Of a DNA stretch of 64,000 bases, positions 36,940 through 46,550 are shown in pieces (position 1 is the first letter of the stretch; each line of letters begins with the position of its first letter). The notes below the pieces were generated by a model, which was given only the letters and a program-made list of their open reading frames with translations, did not search any database and was not told the origin of the DNA. The stretch covers positions 73,396-137,395 of the forward strand of contig CAVRWN010000009.1 in NCBI GenBank assembly GCA_963724875.1. The letters run 5' to 3'. This DNA comes from an uncultured Acidobacteriaceae bacterium (GTDB lineage: Bacteria > Acidobacteriota > Terriglobia > Terriglobales > Acidobacteriaceae). The position numbers and the translations under genes were made by a program.

Positions 36940-38574
36940 TTATTTCTGCGCGACTAATTCTCTGGCGCGGCTCAGTTCGGGCCGCGCGGAATTCGATCCG
37001 TCGCAGACTTTGAGCAGGAGCGCGTAGTATTCGGTGGCGTCGCTTTGTTTGCCGGCGGCTTCGGCGGCGCGGGCGGCGCCGTAGAGGCCGTCGAAGCGGT
37101 TGGGATTCAGTTTTAAGTCAGTCTGATATTCGGCCAGGGCTTGCTGCGGACGTTTCGCATCGAGCAGCATGTCGGCGATCATCTCGCGCGCCGGAATGCC
37201 TTCTGGCTCTTCTCCGAGTGAATCTTCCTTGTCGGCGATCGGACGCATGGCCTCGACTGCGTCATCATCTTTGCCTTCGGCGAAGGCCAGCCAGGCCTCG
37301 ACCTCCTTGCGATCGTCTTCTACGGCATTGGCGAATTCTGACTTCTCGGCCGCCAGTTTTTTGTGGATGCTTTCAATAGCGGCTAGATTTTTGCGGACGT
37401 CATCGGGTTTGCGCAGATGGGCTGAGCCGATTGCACGCGCCCAGTAAATCACCGAGTCTTCGGCCGTGCCTGCAACCTCGGCTGGAGGCAGTGCGGCCGC
37501 GGTTTGCCAATCATGCATCTCGATGGGATAGAGAGCGGTCAGGTGGGCTAGAGCCGCGGCATGGGGATCGAATCCCGCGCCGTACATATCGTCTTTCTTG
37601 TTGGGCATGGCTCGGATCTCTTCGATCAGTGCTCGGGCGTCGGCGTCGCGACCGCTTTGCATGTAGGCGTAGAAGAGAAAGTCCATGGCGTGGAACTGGT
37701 GGCCCTCGCCGCCCATCCCCATAGCAGCGGTTTTGCGCGAGGCGGCGATGGAGGCGAGGTTCGAGTTGATGTCGTCCTGCCACAGGCCGACGCGGGCAAA
37801 GATGTGCGACGGCATGTGTAGAGCGTGCGGAGCGACTGGCGCGATCTGTGCGTATCGGCGAGCGGCAGGCAAGCCCAGTTGCGCGAGTTGCGGCTTGTCA
37901 TAGGCGTGGATGAGGTAGTGGGCCACGCCGGGGTGATCGGGCTCAGTGGCGAACAATTTTTCGAGGATCGCAGCCGCCTGCTTGCGGTTGGCGAAAGTTG
38001 CATCGTCGTGGGGTTCGGAGGCGAGCAGCGACAGGGCGTAGAAGACCGCGGCTTCGTGATCGTCGGGGTAGGTCTCGTAAACCTTCTTCATCGCGTCGGA
38101 GTAGGCTTTGGCGCGAGCGTCGTGGTCCAGCTTCTTGGAGTCGCTATAAAAGGCTGCGATGGCGGCAATGTATGCCTTCTCGCGCGGGGTGACGGGGCCG
38201 TCGGTGGTTTTCGCCTCGTGAACTTCGTCCAGGCCGTGCGCGATCACTTTCTTGTCGGGTTCGTTCCAGAGTTGGTGCCACAGGCTCATGGCTACGCCCC
38301 AGTGGGCCATGGCGCAGTTCGGAGCCTCGGCGGAAACGTGGATGAATTCCTTTTCCGCCTCTTCGTACCAGAAGGAGTGCAGCAGAGCCACACCACGCTC
38401 AAACGACTTCTGCACGGCTGGGTCGCAGGAAACCGGGAAAGTGACCGTTCCTAGTTGGGCGGCGGTGAGGTCTTCGTGATGGTGGCCTTCGTTATCGTCA
38501 GCAATTGCGGTTTCGGCGAACGCGATCAGCGCGAAAAGTAGGGAAAAGAGCAGCGGACATGCGATACGTTTCAT
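36940..38574 (-). CDS. Secreted helical-repeat (TPR-like) hypothetical protein
   Basis: Signal peptide MKRIACPLLFSLLFALIAFAETA. His-rich DNEGHHHED follows the signal. The C-terminal TPR-like unit reads ALAEYQTDLKLNPNRFDGLYGAARA. ATG at 38574 preferred. Confidence 0.7.
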   Translation of the reverse strand: MKRIACPLLFSLLFALIAFAETAIADDNEGHHHEDLTAAQLGTVTFPVSCDPAVQKSFERGVALLHSFWYEEAEKEFIHVSAEAPNCAMAHWGVAMSLWHQLWNEPDKKVIAHGLDEVHEAKTTDGPVTPREKAYIAAIAAFYSDSKKLDHDARAKAYSDAMKKVYETYPDDHEAAVFYALSLLASEPHDDATFANRKQAAAILEKLFATEPDHPGVAHYLIHAYDKPQLAQLGLPAARRYAQIAPVAPHALHMPSHIFARVGLWQDDINSNLASIAASRKTAAMGMGGEGHQFHAMDFLFYAYMQSGRDADARALIEEIRAMPNKKDDMYGAGFDPHAAALAHLTALYPIEMHDWQTAAALPPAEVAGTAEDSVIYWARAIGSAHLRKPDDVRKNLAAIESIHKKLAAEKSEFANAVEDDRKEVEAWLAFAEGKDDDAVEAMRPIADKEDSLGEEPEGIPAREMIADMLLDAKRPQQALAEYQTDLKLNPNRFDGLYGAARAAEAAGKQSDATEYYALLLKVCDGSNSARPELSRARELVAQK

Positions 38575-38963
38575 GGGAACCTCGCTGAGAAGCGAGTCTA
38601 GTTGAGCGGGAAGCGCAGGGTCAAACGTGCGTGGATTGGCGTGGTGGTGCAGTGTGATAAGGAAGCGAGCCAAACGCGCCGTTTCTGAGCGACCCCTGAA
38701 TTGTTAGAACATGTGACTCTTCTCCGAAGCGCCGGGAGCGGTAGTTTCTATCTCGTCGGAGCGATCTTCGTCGAAGTCTTTATAAAATCCTTATGAAATA
38801 TTTATTCTGTGATTATGGTCCCCTTCTGGTAGACTTCGCGGCAATCGGACTCGGGTTGCGTCATGGGCCACTCGGCGTGCATTCGACAGACTCGGCAAGA
38901 GAGCGAAGGACGTAGAATCCACGCAAGCAAAACACTTTTACCCAGTCCGCAGGGAAGCCAGCT

Positions 38964-41900
38964 ATGGATCTGCACCCTGGGACCAAGACGTATCGCACCG
39001 CCGAAGTAAAGTTTCCCGATCGGGACCCCATCCGGCGAGCTCTCCAGGAAAACGAAGACTGGTATCAGGATCTGGTTGAACACAGCCCGGATCTGCTGTG
39101 CATTCACGATTTGCAGGGCCGCCTGCTGTCGGTGAATCCCGCGCCCGCGCGGGTGCTCGGCTACAGTGTGGAGGAGTTGCTGAAGATTCCCATGCGGGAG
39201 TTGATCGTTCCGGAGTTCCGCCCCGACTTTGATGCTTATCTGAAAGACATTGCGATCACCGGCGAGTCTCATGGCTGGATGGGAGTGGTGACACGATCGG
39301 GAGAGCGGCGCATCTGGGAATACCACAACACACCGCGGACCGAGGGCGTAGCTTCGCCGATCGTGCGAGGCATGGCACGCGACGTGACCGAACAAAGGCG
39401 CGCGGAACAGCTGGCACGTGAAGCCGATGAGCTTCTGCGCAACCAAGCACGCGAGAATGAGCGCACGATCGGGGAGTTGAAGCTGTTCCGAACCCTGGTG
39501 GACCAGAGCAACGATTCCATTAAGGTCATTGATCCGGAGACGCTTCGTTTTTTCGATGTCAATGAGAAAGCCTGGTCCGAGCTGGGCTACAGCCGAGCGG
39601 AAATGCTGTCTCTGGGAGTGTTTGAGATCGATCCCGCAGTGACTGAGTCTTCGGTGGCAAAAATTAAGGAGGAGTTGCGGAAATCGGGATCTTTAATGAT
39701 GGAAACCGTCCACCGGCGAAAGGAAGGATCGACCTTCCCGGTGGAAGTCAGCATGAGGCAGGTCCGCTTGGAGCGGGATTACGTTGTGGCCATCTCCCGC
39801 GACCTTACCGAGCGCAAGCGGGGGGAAGAAGCGCTGAAGAAGTCAGAAGAAAAGTTTTCGAAAGCCTTCCGGCAGAGCCCGTTGGCGCTCACGCTATCGA
39901 GCACGAAGAACCATCATTACATCGACGTCAACGAAACTTTTGAGCGTCTGACGGGCTGGCGCCGTGACGAAGTCATCGGACACTCGGCGTTGGACATAGG
40001 GCTGTGGGCACCGGAGGATGGGCTAGACCTGGCAAAGCAGCTTTTGGCCGAAGGCTGTGTGCATAACGTGGAAGCCCGTTATCGCATGAGAGACGGCAGT
40101 ATCCGCATCGGCTTGTCAACCGCGGAGGTCATCGAGCTGAATGAAGAACCGTGCATGCTTGCAGTGACTGCGGACATCACGGAGCGTAAGCAGGCGGAGG
40201 AAGCCCTCCGAAGCAGTGAGCGGCACCTGCACAAGATCGCACAGCAATTGGAGGCAGAACGCGCCCGCCTGATCGAGGCTCAGGCCGTGGCAAAAGTTGG
40301 CAGTTGGGAAGCCGAGTTGCCAAGCCTTGAGGCTAGTTGGTCTGAGGAGACACATCGAATTTTTGAGACTGATCCATCCCATTTTCACCCCACGCGCCCG
40401 GACTTTGTGAAATTTATCCATCCGCAGGATCGCGCGAAAGTGGATGCAGCCTTTCAGTCTTCGCTCGACCAGGCTGGAGCGTCCAACGTCGACTATCGGA
40501 TTGTCACGGCGGACGGCCGCCTCAAAGTCCTGGAGGAGCATTGGAGGGTTTTTCGCGATGAACAAGGATGGCCAATTCGCCTGGTGGGTACGTGCCGCGA
40601 CGTCACCGAGCAAAGGCGCTCGGAGGAAGCTTTGCGGCGCAGCGAGGAGAATTACCGCAATTTTGTTTCGCAAAGTTCAGAAGGCATTTACCAGGACAAT
40701 CTGGAGCCCGCGATCCCTATTGATCTTCCTGAGGACGAATTCATTCATCGCTTCCTGCGCAGCACTGTCATGGTGGAATGCAACAACGCTCTGGCTGCGA
40801 TGTATGGGTTTGCTTCCGGGAAGGAACTTCGGGGCCGACATATGTCGGAGCGGGTGTTGCCGGAGGATCCGCACAACATCGAGATGGCGCGAGAGCTCAT
40901 CCGCTCGGGCTTCCGTCTACTGGAGCACGAATCGCACGAGGTTGACAGGTATGGGAATGCCAAGATCTTCATGAATAGCATGATTGGGACCGTGGAGGAT
41001 GGAAGACTGGTGCGCATCTGGGGCATCCGGCGGGATGTCACGGAGAAAGTGAAGCTGGAGGAATCTCGCCGCAGGGCGGAGGAAGCGCTGCATCAGAACG
41101 TGGCTCGACTGCAGGAAGTCACGGAAGAACTCCGGCTGGCTAAGGAGAAGCTCTCTGAGGAGAAGCTTTACCTGGAGCAGACTATCGATACGGAATTGGG
41201 GTTCGGGGAGATAGTCGGACGCAGCAGCGCCTTGAAAGAGGTGATGCAGAAGGTGGCCAAGGTGGCTCCGAGCGATGCCACGGCGCTGCTGCTGGGTGAG
41301 ACCGGGACGGGCAAGGAGTTGGTGGCGCGCGCCATTCACCGCATGAGCCGGCGGGAGGGAAATAGCTTTATCAAGCTGAACTGCGCTGCCATTCCCTCAG
41401 GCCTGCTGGAGAGCGAGTTGTTTGGGCACGAAAAGGGAGCCTTTACGGGTGCAGTTGCCCGGAAACTCGGGCGCCTGGAACTGGCCGATCGGGGCACGCT
41501 CTTTCTGGACGAAGTAGGAGAGATTCCGCTGAGCCTGCAGCCCAAGCTGCTGCGCGTGCTGCAGGATCTGGAGTTCGAGAGGCTCGGCGGCACGCAGACT
41601 CTCAAGGTAAATTTTCGCCTGCTGGCGGCGACCAATCGGGACCTGTTGCAGAGTGTTAAAGGACGCGAGTTTCGCAGTGACTTGTACTATCGGCTAAATG
41701 TATTTCCCATTCTCATTCCGCCCTTGCGCGAGAGGCGCGAAGATATCCGCCCGCTGATCGAACATTTCGTCCGCAAATTTGCCGCGCAGATGAAGAAGTC
41801 GATCACCAGCATTCCCTCAAAGACCATGGAAATGATGGTGCGGTGGGATTGGCCGGGCAACATTCGCGAGCTGGAGAATTTTGTGGAGCGTTCGGTGATT

Positions 41901-42146
41901 TTGACGCCGGGATCGGTTCTGCAGGCGCCGCTCGCGGAGCTGCAAACCGTGGTTGAGGAGGGCAATGTGGGGGCCAGCGTCAGCCTTCGCGACAAAGAGC
42001 GTGAACGCATTCTCCGCGCTCTACGAGACTGCCACGGTAAGCTCGGTGGAGCGGATGGCGCGGCTGCACGCCTCGGTTTGAAGCGCACCACACTGCAGTC
42101 CAAGCTCGACCAGTATGGGATCAAGCCGGGATCGTATCGGGGATAA
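38964..42146 (+). CDS. Sigma-54-dependent transcriptional activator with about five N-terminal PAS domains (bEBP)
   Basis: Repeated PAS-type segments each end in RDVTE(Q/R/K)(R/K). The AAA+ core has GETGTGKE, ESELFGHEKGAFTGA and RVLQDLEFERLGG. A C-terminal Fis-type HTH is present. No receiver domain. Confidence 0.9.
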   Translation: MDLHPGTKTYRTAEVKFPDRDPIRRALQENEDWYQDLVEHSPDLLCIHDLQGRLLSVNPAPARVLGYSVEELLKIPMRELIVPEFRPDFDAYLKDIAITGESHGWMGVVTRSGERRIWEYHNTPRTEGVASPIVRGMARDVTEQRRAEQLAREADELLRNQARENERTIGELKLFRTLVDQSNDSIKVIDPETLRFFDVNEKAWSELGYSRAEMLSLGVFEIDPAVTESSVAKIKEELRKSGSLMMETVHRRKEGSTFPVEVSMRQVRLERDYVVAISRDLTERKRGEEALKKSEEKFSKAFRQSPLALTLSSTKNHHYIDVNETFERLTGWRRDEVIGHSALDIGLWAPEDGLDLAKQLLAEGCVHNVEARYRMRDGSIRIGLSTAEVIELNEEPCMLAVTADITERKQAEEALRSSERHLHKIAQQLEAERARLIEAQAVAKVGSWEAELPSLEASWSEETHRIFETDPSHFHPTRPDFVKFIHPQDRAKVDAAFQSSLDQAGASNVDYRIVTADGRLKVLEEHWRVFRDEQGWPIRLVGTCRDVTEQRRSEEALRRSEENYRNFVSQSSEGIYQDNLEPAIPIDLPEDEFIHRFLRSTVMVECNNALAAMYGFASGKELRGRHMSERVLPEDPHNIEMARELIRSGFRLLEHESHEVDRYGNAKIFMNSMIGTVEDGRLVRIWGIRRDVTEKVKLEESRRRAEEALHQNVARLQEVTEELRLAKEKLSEEKLYLEQTIDTELGFGEIVGRSSALKEVMQKVAKVAPSDATALLLGETGTGKELVARAIHRMSRREGNSFIKLNCAAIPSGLLESELFGHEKGAFTGAVARKLGRLELADRGTLFLDEVGEIPLSLQPKLLRVLQDLEFERLGGTQTLKVNFRLLAATNRDLLQSVKGREFRSDLYYRLNVFPILIPPLRERREDIRPLIEHFVRKFAAQMKKSITSIPSKTMEMMVRWDWPGNIRELENFVERSVILTPGSVLQAPLAELQTVVEEGNVGASVSLRDKERERILRALRDCHGKLGGADGAAARLGLKRTTLQSKLDQYGIKPGSYRG

Positions 42147-42178
42147 GTTCGATGGCTGTGCCTCGACAGGGCTGGGTC

Positions 42179-42298
42179 ATGAGGTATTCTCTACTCATGA
42201 CGCCCCGATTTAAGCGAATCGTGGAAGCGGCGGGATGGTTTGTTGTGGGCTTTGTGACGCATATGCTGCTGCTTCACTTCCATCACCATCCTGGTTAG
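42179..42298 (+). CDS. Candidate 39-aa small protein with a His-rich tail
   Basis: MRYSLLMTPRFKRIVEAAGWFVVGFVTHMLLLHFHHHPG lies between the bEBP stop and the terminator at 42368-42399. There is no homology evidence. Confidence 0.25.
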   Translation: MRYSLLMTPRFKRIVEAAGWFVVGFVTHMLLLHFHHHPG

Positions 42299-42367
42299 TC
42301 CACGGGGTTGATGCGTAGCCTTCATGCGCAATGCCAGCGACCCGGGACCCGATTCCATCCAAACACG

Positions 42368-42399
42368 AAAAAGCCCCTCGCTTGCGCGAAGGGCTTTTT
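42368..42399. terminator. Bidirectional rho-independent terminator between convergent genes
   Basis: AAAAA-GCCCCTCGC-TTGC-GCGAAGGGC-TTTTT has 8/9 stem pairs, with an A-tract on one side and a T-tract on the other. Confidence 0.7.
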
Positions 42400-42454
42400 C
42401 TGGGGGAGGGACTTGGGCGAGGCGCCCTTGGTCCCTAGCTTTTGCAATCTCCAG

Positions 42455-43324
42455 CTACTTCGGTTGCTGTTGCTGATCTGCGGCGGCCATCGGAGCCGAA
42501 GAATTGCTGGAGAGTTGCTCCAGATCATTCTTCAGCAGGCTGATTTCCACGCGCCCGCCGCTGATGTGCTTGGCATCCGCGCCTTCAACCGGCGCATTGC
42601 CCATGCCTACGAGGTAGATCCGGTAGACCGGAATCTCATGGTTCAGCACCATGTAGCGGACCACGGACTCAGCCATCTTCTGCGAGTTCTGGATCGCGAT
42701 CTGGCCCTTGCCGGAAGAGAAACCCTGCACTTCGATGATGTAGCCACGCTGCCCCTTGACCGTGTTCGCCATCTCATCGAGAGCGTCTTTGGCGTTCTTG
42801 CTCAGCATGGTCTGGCCAGGCTTGAAGCGAATTTCGGTCTGGTTCGAGGCCTTGTACTGGTCGATGTTGCTGACCACGGTCTCGACGGTCTGGATGCGGG
42901 TTGTGGCCTGCTGCGCGGTCGTCTGAGCCATGGTGGCCTTGTTGCCGGCATCGATGGCATGCTGATCGGCTGCGTCGGCCTTGTCCGAAGCCAGCTTGAT
43001 GCCAGCCTGGGCGCGCGAATCCGTGTCTTTGATGGCCTTGCTGTTGGCTGCGGTCAGGTCATCGAGTTCGTTGACGCGGTCGCGGATAGGGTCGGTCTGC
43101 CGCTTCACATACGTCTTGCGGGCGAATGGGTTCACACGGCCCCAGAAACCCTCGCGGGCAGGCGCTTGCAGAGGCTGCTTGCCAGTGGCGGTGTCGGTGG
43201 ACTGAGTGGTGGCCGGGGTGGTTTGAGCTTGGCTGGTTTGATCCTGGGTAGACGAAGTCTGCGCGAAGGCCGGAAACGCGAGCACTGCGGCCAGCGGCAA
43301 AGTAGCGAGAATGCGAGTGTTCAT
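42455..43324 (-). CDS. OmpA-family (peptidoglycan-binding) protein with an N-terminal coiled-coil region
   Basis: Signal peptide ILATLPLAAVLAFPAFAQ. The C-terminal part has VQGFSSGKGQIAIQNSQKMAESVVRYMV...RIYLVGMGNAPVEG...GRVEISLL. Confidence 0.78.
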   Translation of the reverse strand: MNTRILATLPLAAVLAFPAFAQTSSTQDQTSQAQTTPATTQSTDTATGKQPLQAPAREGFWGRVNPFARKTYVKRQTDPIRDRVNELDDLTAANSKAIKDTDSRAQAGIKLASDKADAADQHAIDAGNKATMAQTTAQQATTRIQTVETVVSNIDQYKASNQTEIRFKPGQTMLSKNAKDALDEMANTVKGQRGYIIEVQGFSSGKGQIAIQNSQKMAESVVRYMVLNHEIPVYRIYLVGMGNAPVEGADAKHISGGRVEISLLKNDLEQLSSNSSAPMAAADQQQQPK

Positions 43325-43673
43325 AAAAAACTTCCTCCGAGTTGGGAGCGTCTGGGGGCTCGCTCCGGCACGCCGAAACGGGCGTGTTGCGTGATTTTGA
43401 TTGCGTCTCCTACAACAAGAACCAATATAAAAAGCAAGCGATGATCGCCCTGCCGGCCGGCGCTGACGCCACGCAGGCCTGAAAACCTAAACTTCAGGCG
43501 CCAGAATCTGACGACGCCTGCCCTTTCTATTACAGGTTGGATGCCAAACCCGGCTCCGGGGTTGAAGAGCTAAATGATTGATATCTAAAGACATTGTACC
43601 TGTGGTCCGGGGGGAGGCGTGGGGCTGGCCGTTTCCGGGAGGGTAATTTTCACAAACCTGATATAAAAACTGC

Positions 43674-45212
43674 GTGAATCAAGAAGGTTCGGGGAGGATA
43701 CCTTTGGGATTGAGCATGCCGAGGAATGTGGGCTGGCGGGCGGGATTCTGGGAAGAACTTTGCCGTGGTCGACTGCGGTGGCGAGTCGTTTTGCTGGGAG
43801 CGGGTGCGGTGCTGTTAGGTACGGCGGGGCTCGTTTCTGCCGAATCTGCTGATCCGGCGATGGCTTCGTCGCGCATTTCCGCCGAGCACTTGCAGCAGTA
43901 TTCCGATCTCGCGCTGGCGTGGATGCAGGAATACTTGCGCATCGACACCACCAATCCTCCGGGCCACGAAATGCGCGCGGTTGATTTCTACAAGAAGATT
44001 CTCGATCAGGAAGGCATTGAGAATCGAGTGTTCGAATACACGCCGGGACGCGGCGATCTGTGGGCGCGGCTGCCGCACACCACGGCGGAGATCAAGCGGC
44101 CGATCGTCCTGCTGAACCACATGGATGTTGTGACCAGCGACGCGGCGCACTGGAAGGTTCCGCCCTTCAGCGGCGAGATCAAAGATGGCTGGCTCTGGGG
44201 CCGCGGGGCGCAGGACATGAAAGACGAAGGCATGGCACAACTCGTCACGATGGTGATGCTGAAGCGCGAGAAAGTGGAACTCGATCGCGATGTGATTTTC
44301 CTGGCCGTGGCCGACGAAGAAGCCGAGGGGACTGGAACTGATTGGTTCATCGCGCATCAGCGGGAGATGCTCGGGAACGCAGAGTTTCTGATCAACGAAG
44401 GCGGCGAGAACCTTCTGGAAAATGGCAAGGTGAAGTACGTGGGCGTGGATGTGGGTGAGAAGACTACGTTCTGGCTGCATGTTGTGGCGCACGGGAGACC
44501 GGGACATGCTTCGCGGCCGATTCCGGATTCGGCGCCGAACCGGCTGGTGCGGGCGCTGAACCGCATACTGGCTTACCACACGCCATTGACGGTACTGCCG
44601 GTGGTGGAAGAATTCTTGCGCGAGATGGCGCCCTACGAGCCGCCGGAGGAAGCGGCGGAGTATCGCAACATCCGTGAAGCGATTGAAGACAAGAAATTTC
44701 AGCGGGATGTGGAGAAAGACGAGTCCCTGAACTTTCTGCTGCGCGACACGATTTCGCTGACCATGATGGGCGGGTCGGAGCAGACCAACGTGATTCCGCC
44801 GGAAGCGTGGGCGAACCTGGATGTGCGGATTCTGCCGGGAGGAGATCCTAAGGCACTGCTCGAGCAGATACGGCGGGTGGTGGATGATCCGAATGTTACG
44901 GTGGAACCGCTGAATGCGGAGTTCCGTCAGGCTAATTACTCGCCGACGAATACTGCGCTGTACGATGCCATCCGCGAAGTCTCTGCGAAATATTTTCCGG
45001 GCACTCCGGTGGTGCCGCACATCACCAGCGGCTACACCGAGAACCAGCGCTACCGGCCGCTGGGCATCAATGCTTACGGGTTCTGTCCTTATACGGCCAC
45101 CGAGGAGGAAGGCAACACTGAGCATGGGAACGATGAACGGATTCGTGTGGAGGAAGTGCGGCGGGGGCCGAGGATTTTGTTTGATGTTGTGGCGGCGGTG
45201 GCGGGGAGGTGA
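43674..45212 (+). CDS. Secreted M20 family metallopeptidase (ArgE/DapE/CPG2-like)
   Basis: LLNHMDVV, GRGAQDMKD, ADEEAEG and INEGGE are M20 metal-ligand motifs. GTG start at 43674 or ATG at 43716. Confidence 0.85.
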   Translation: MNQEGSGRIPLGLSMPRNVGWRAGFWEELCRGRLRWRVVLLGAGAVLLGTAGLVSAESADPAMASSRISAEHLQQYSDLALAWMQEYLRIDTTNPPGHEMRAVDFYKKILDQEGIENRVFEYTPGRGDLWARLPHTTAEIKRPIVLLNHMDVVTSDAAHWKVPPFSGEIKDGWLWGRGAQDMKDEGMAQLVTMVMLKREKVELDRDVIFLAVADEEAEGTGTDWFIAHQREMLGNAEFLINEGGENLLENGKVKYVGVDVGEKTTFWLHVVAHGRPGHASRPIPDSAPNRLVRALNRILAYHTPLTVLPVVEEFLREMAPYEPPEEAAEYRNIREAIEDKKFQRDVEKDESLNFLLRDTISLTMMGGSEQTNVIPPEAWANLDVRILPGGDPKALLEQIRRVVDDPNVTVEPLNAEFRQANYSPTNTALYDAIREVSAKYFPGTPVVPHITSGYTENQRYRPLGINAYGFCPYTATEEEGNTEHGNDERIRVEEVRRGPRILFDVVAAVAGR

Positions 45213-45362
45213 GGCAGTCGCAAGGATTCATTCGCGGCGATCGAAAGACCGGTCAATGACTGTAACCGCGATGTTTCGCCGATGGATCAGGCGGGATTGC
45301 AAATCCTACATCTTGACGACGCTGGCTGCGGGGTGTGCAATGCCCAATGAAAAGGAGAACTG

Positions 45363-45800
45363 ATGAGCCGATTCTTAAGTGTTTGCTTGCTTGCAGGCTG
45401 CGAGATAGTCTCGGTCCTGGCGGTGTCCCACTCTCCGCAGAGAACTTCGATGGCAGGCGACCGGGCTAACGCTTCGCAAGCAACCATCGAGGGCTTGCTT
45501 CGGGATGTTGCCTGTCCCATTCAGAACCTGGATGGAACTGCGACTAACCTAAGCCTGAAATGTGTGAGGGAATGCGTGAGAGGTGGTTCGCCGCTGGTTA
45601 TTCTGACCAAGGACGGTTACTTGTATTTTCCCATCTCCGACAAAATGCCCGACACGGATCAGCGGCAAGAACTGATGCCATTCGTCGGCAAATACGTGCG
45701 GGCTAGCGGGACCGTGTTTGAGCGGGCGGGGACGCATGCGATTGTGATCACGGAAATTAAGGAAATGAAAGAGATCCACTTGACGATAGATGAGAAGTAG
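45363..45800 (+). CDS. Exported hypothetical protein
   Basis: 145 aa with an N-terminal hydrophobic segment. No recognised motif. Confidence 0.55.
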   Translation: MSRFLSVCLLAGCEIVSVLAVSHSPQRTSMAGDRANASQATIEGLLRDVACPIQNLDGTATNLSLKCVRECVRGGSPLVILTKDGYLYFPISDKMPDTDQRQELMPFVGKYVRASGTVFERAGTHAIVITEIKEMKEIHLTIDEK

Positions 45801-45870
45801 CTCAGGCGCGCCGAGAATAAACGGCTGAATGGGGTTGGCCCATCCATGCCGTGCCAGTCGAGAGGCTGCC

Positions 45871-46017
45871 CCATCCTTGCGTTTTTTGCAAGGGTGGGCG
45901 CCACGGAGCGGCCTCTTAACTGTATTGCCAACGCCGCTGTGGTCCCGTTGCGAGAGATACGGCAAACCCACTGTCTCGACATTTGCGGTGTCACCCTTCG
46001 AAAACCGCGAAGGGTGA
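45871..46017. repeat. Pair of strong intergenic palindromic hairpins (REP-like)
   Basis: CCATCCTTGC-GTTTTTT-GCAAGGGTGG at 45871-45897 pairs 9/10. TCACCCTTCG-AAAACCG-CGAAGGGTGA at 45991-46017 pairs 10/10. Confidence 0.6.
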
Positions 46018-46085
46018 GGCAGCCTCGGTCAGGCAGTGCCAACATGGAAACAGCTAAAGATGGGCCAGCCCGCCGGCTGAGGCCT

Positions 46086-46544
46086 TTACTTTTGCCCTAC
46101 TCCCAATTCTTTGGAAACAGCAGGATCATCCGTTATATAAAATACCGGCTCCATTTTTCTGTGTTCGATAATTTCGGTTATGCCGTTTACAGTGATTACT
46201 TCGTAGGATGGGTAACCAGGGGGAAATCCGGCCGGAGGATGTCTCAGTTGGAGAGGCTCCGAGCCTTTCAGCTTGCCATCTACCTCTGTCCGTACCTGCC
46301 CCTTCGTGTCTTGCAATATGAATGTCGCACTACGACCCCATGGCTTAACGTAGTAGTTCATCTTGATTGAAACGTCGGCGCGTGTAAGTCCCCGTGGAAG
46401 GGCAATCCATTTCGGCAACCTCGACTCACTCGCCAGTTCAAAGGTCGCCTCGGGGAACCACCGGCACCCCGTTGCCGAACCGAAAATAGTTAGCGCAGCG
46501 AAAAAGAGCAGGAGTTTGTCGGTGCGCCTAATTGTTTTCATCAC
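46086..46544 (-). CDS. Lipoprotein, hypothetical
   Basis: Lipobox FGSATGC after a signal peptide. 152 aa. Visibly lower GC than the neighbours. Confidence 0.6.
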   Translation of the reverse strand: MMKTIRRTDKLLLFFAALTIFGSATGCRWFPEATFELASESRLPKWIALPRGLTRADVSIKMNYYVKPWGRSATFILQDTKGQVRTEVDGKLKGSEPLQLRHPPAGFPPGYPSYEVITVNGITEIIEHRKMEPVFYITDDPAVSKELGVGQK

Positions 46545-46550
46545 TCGAAG

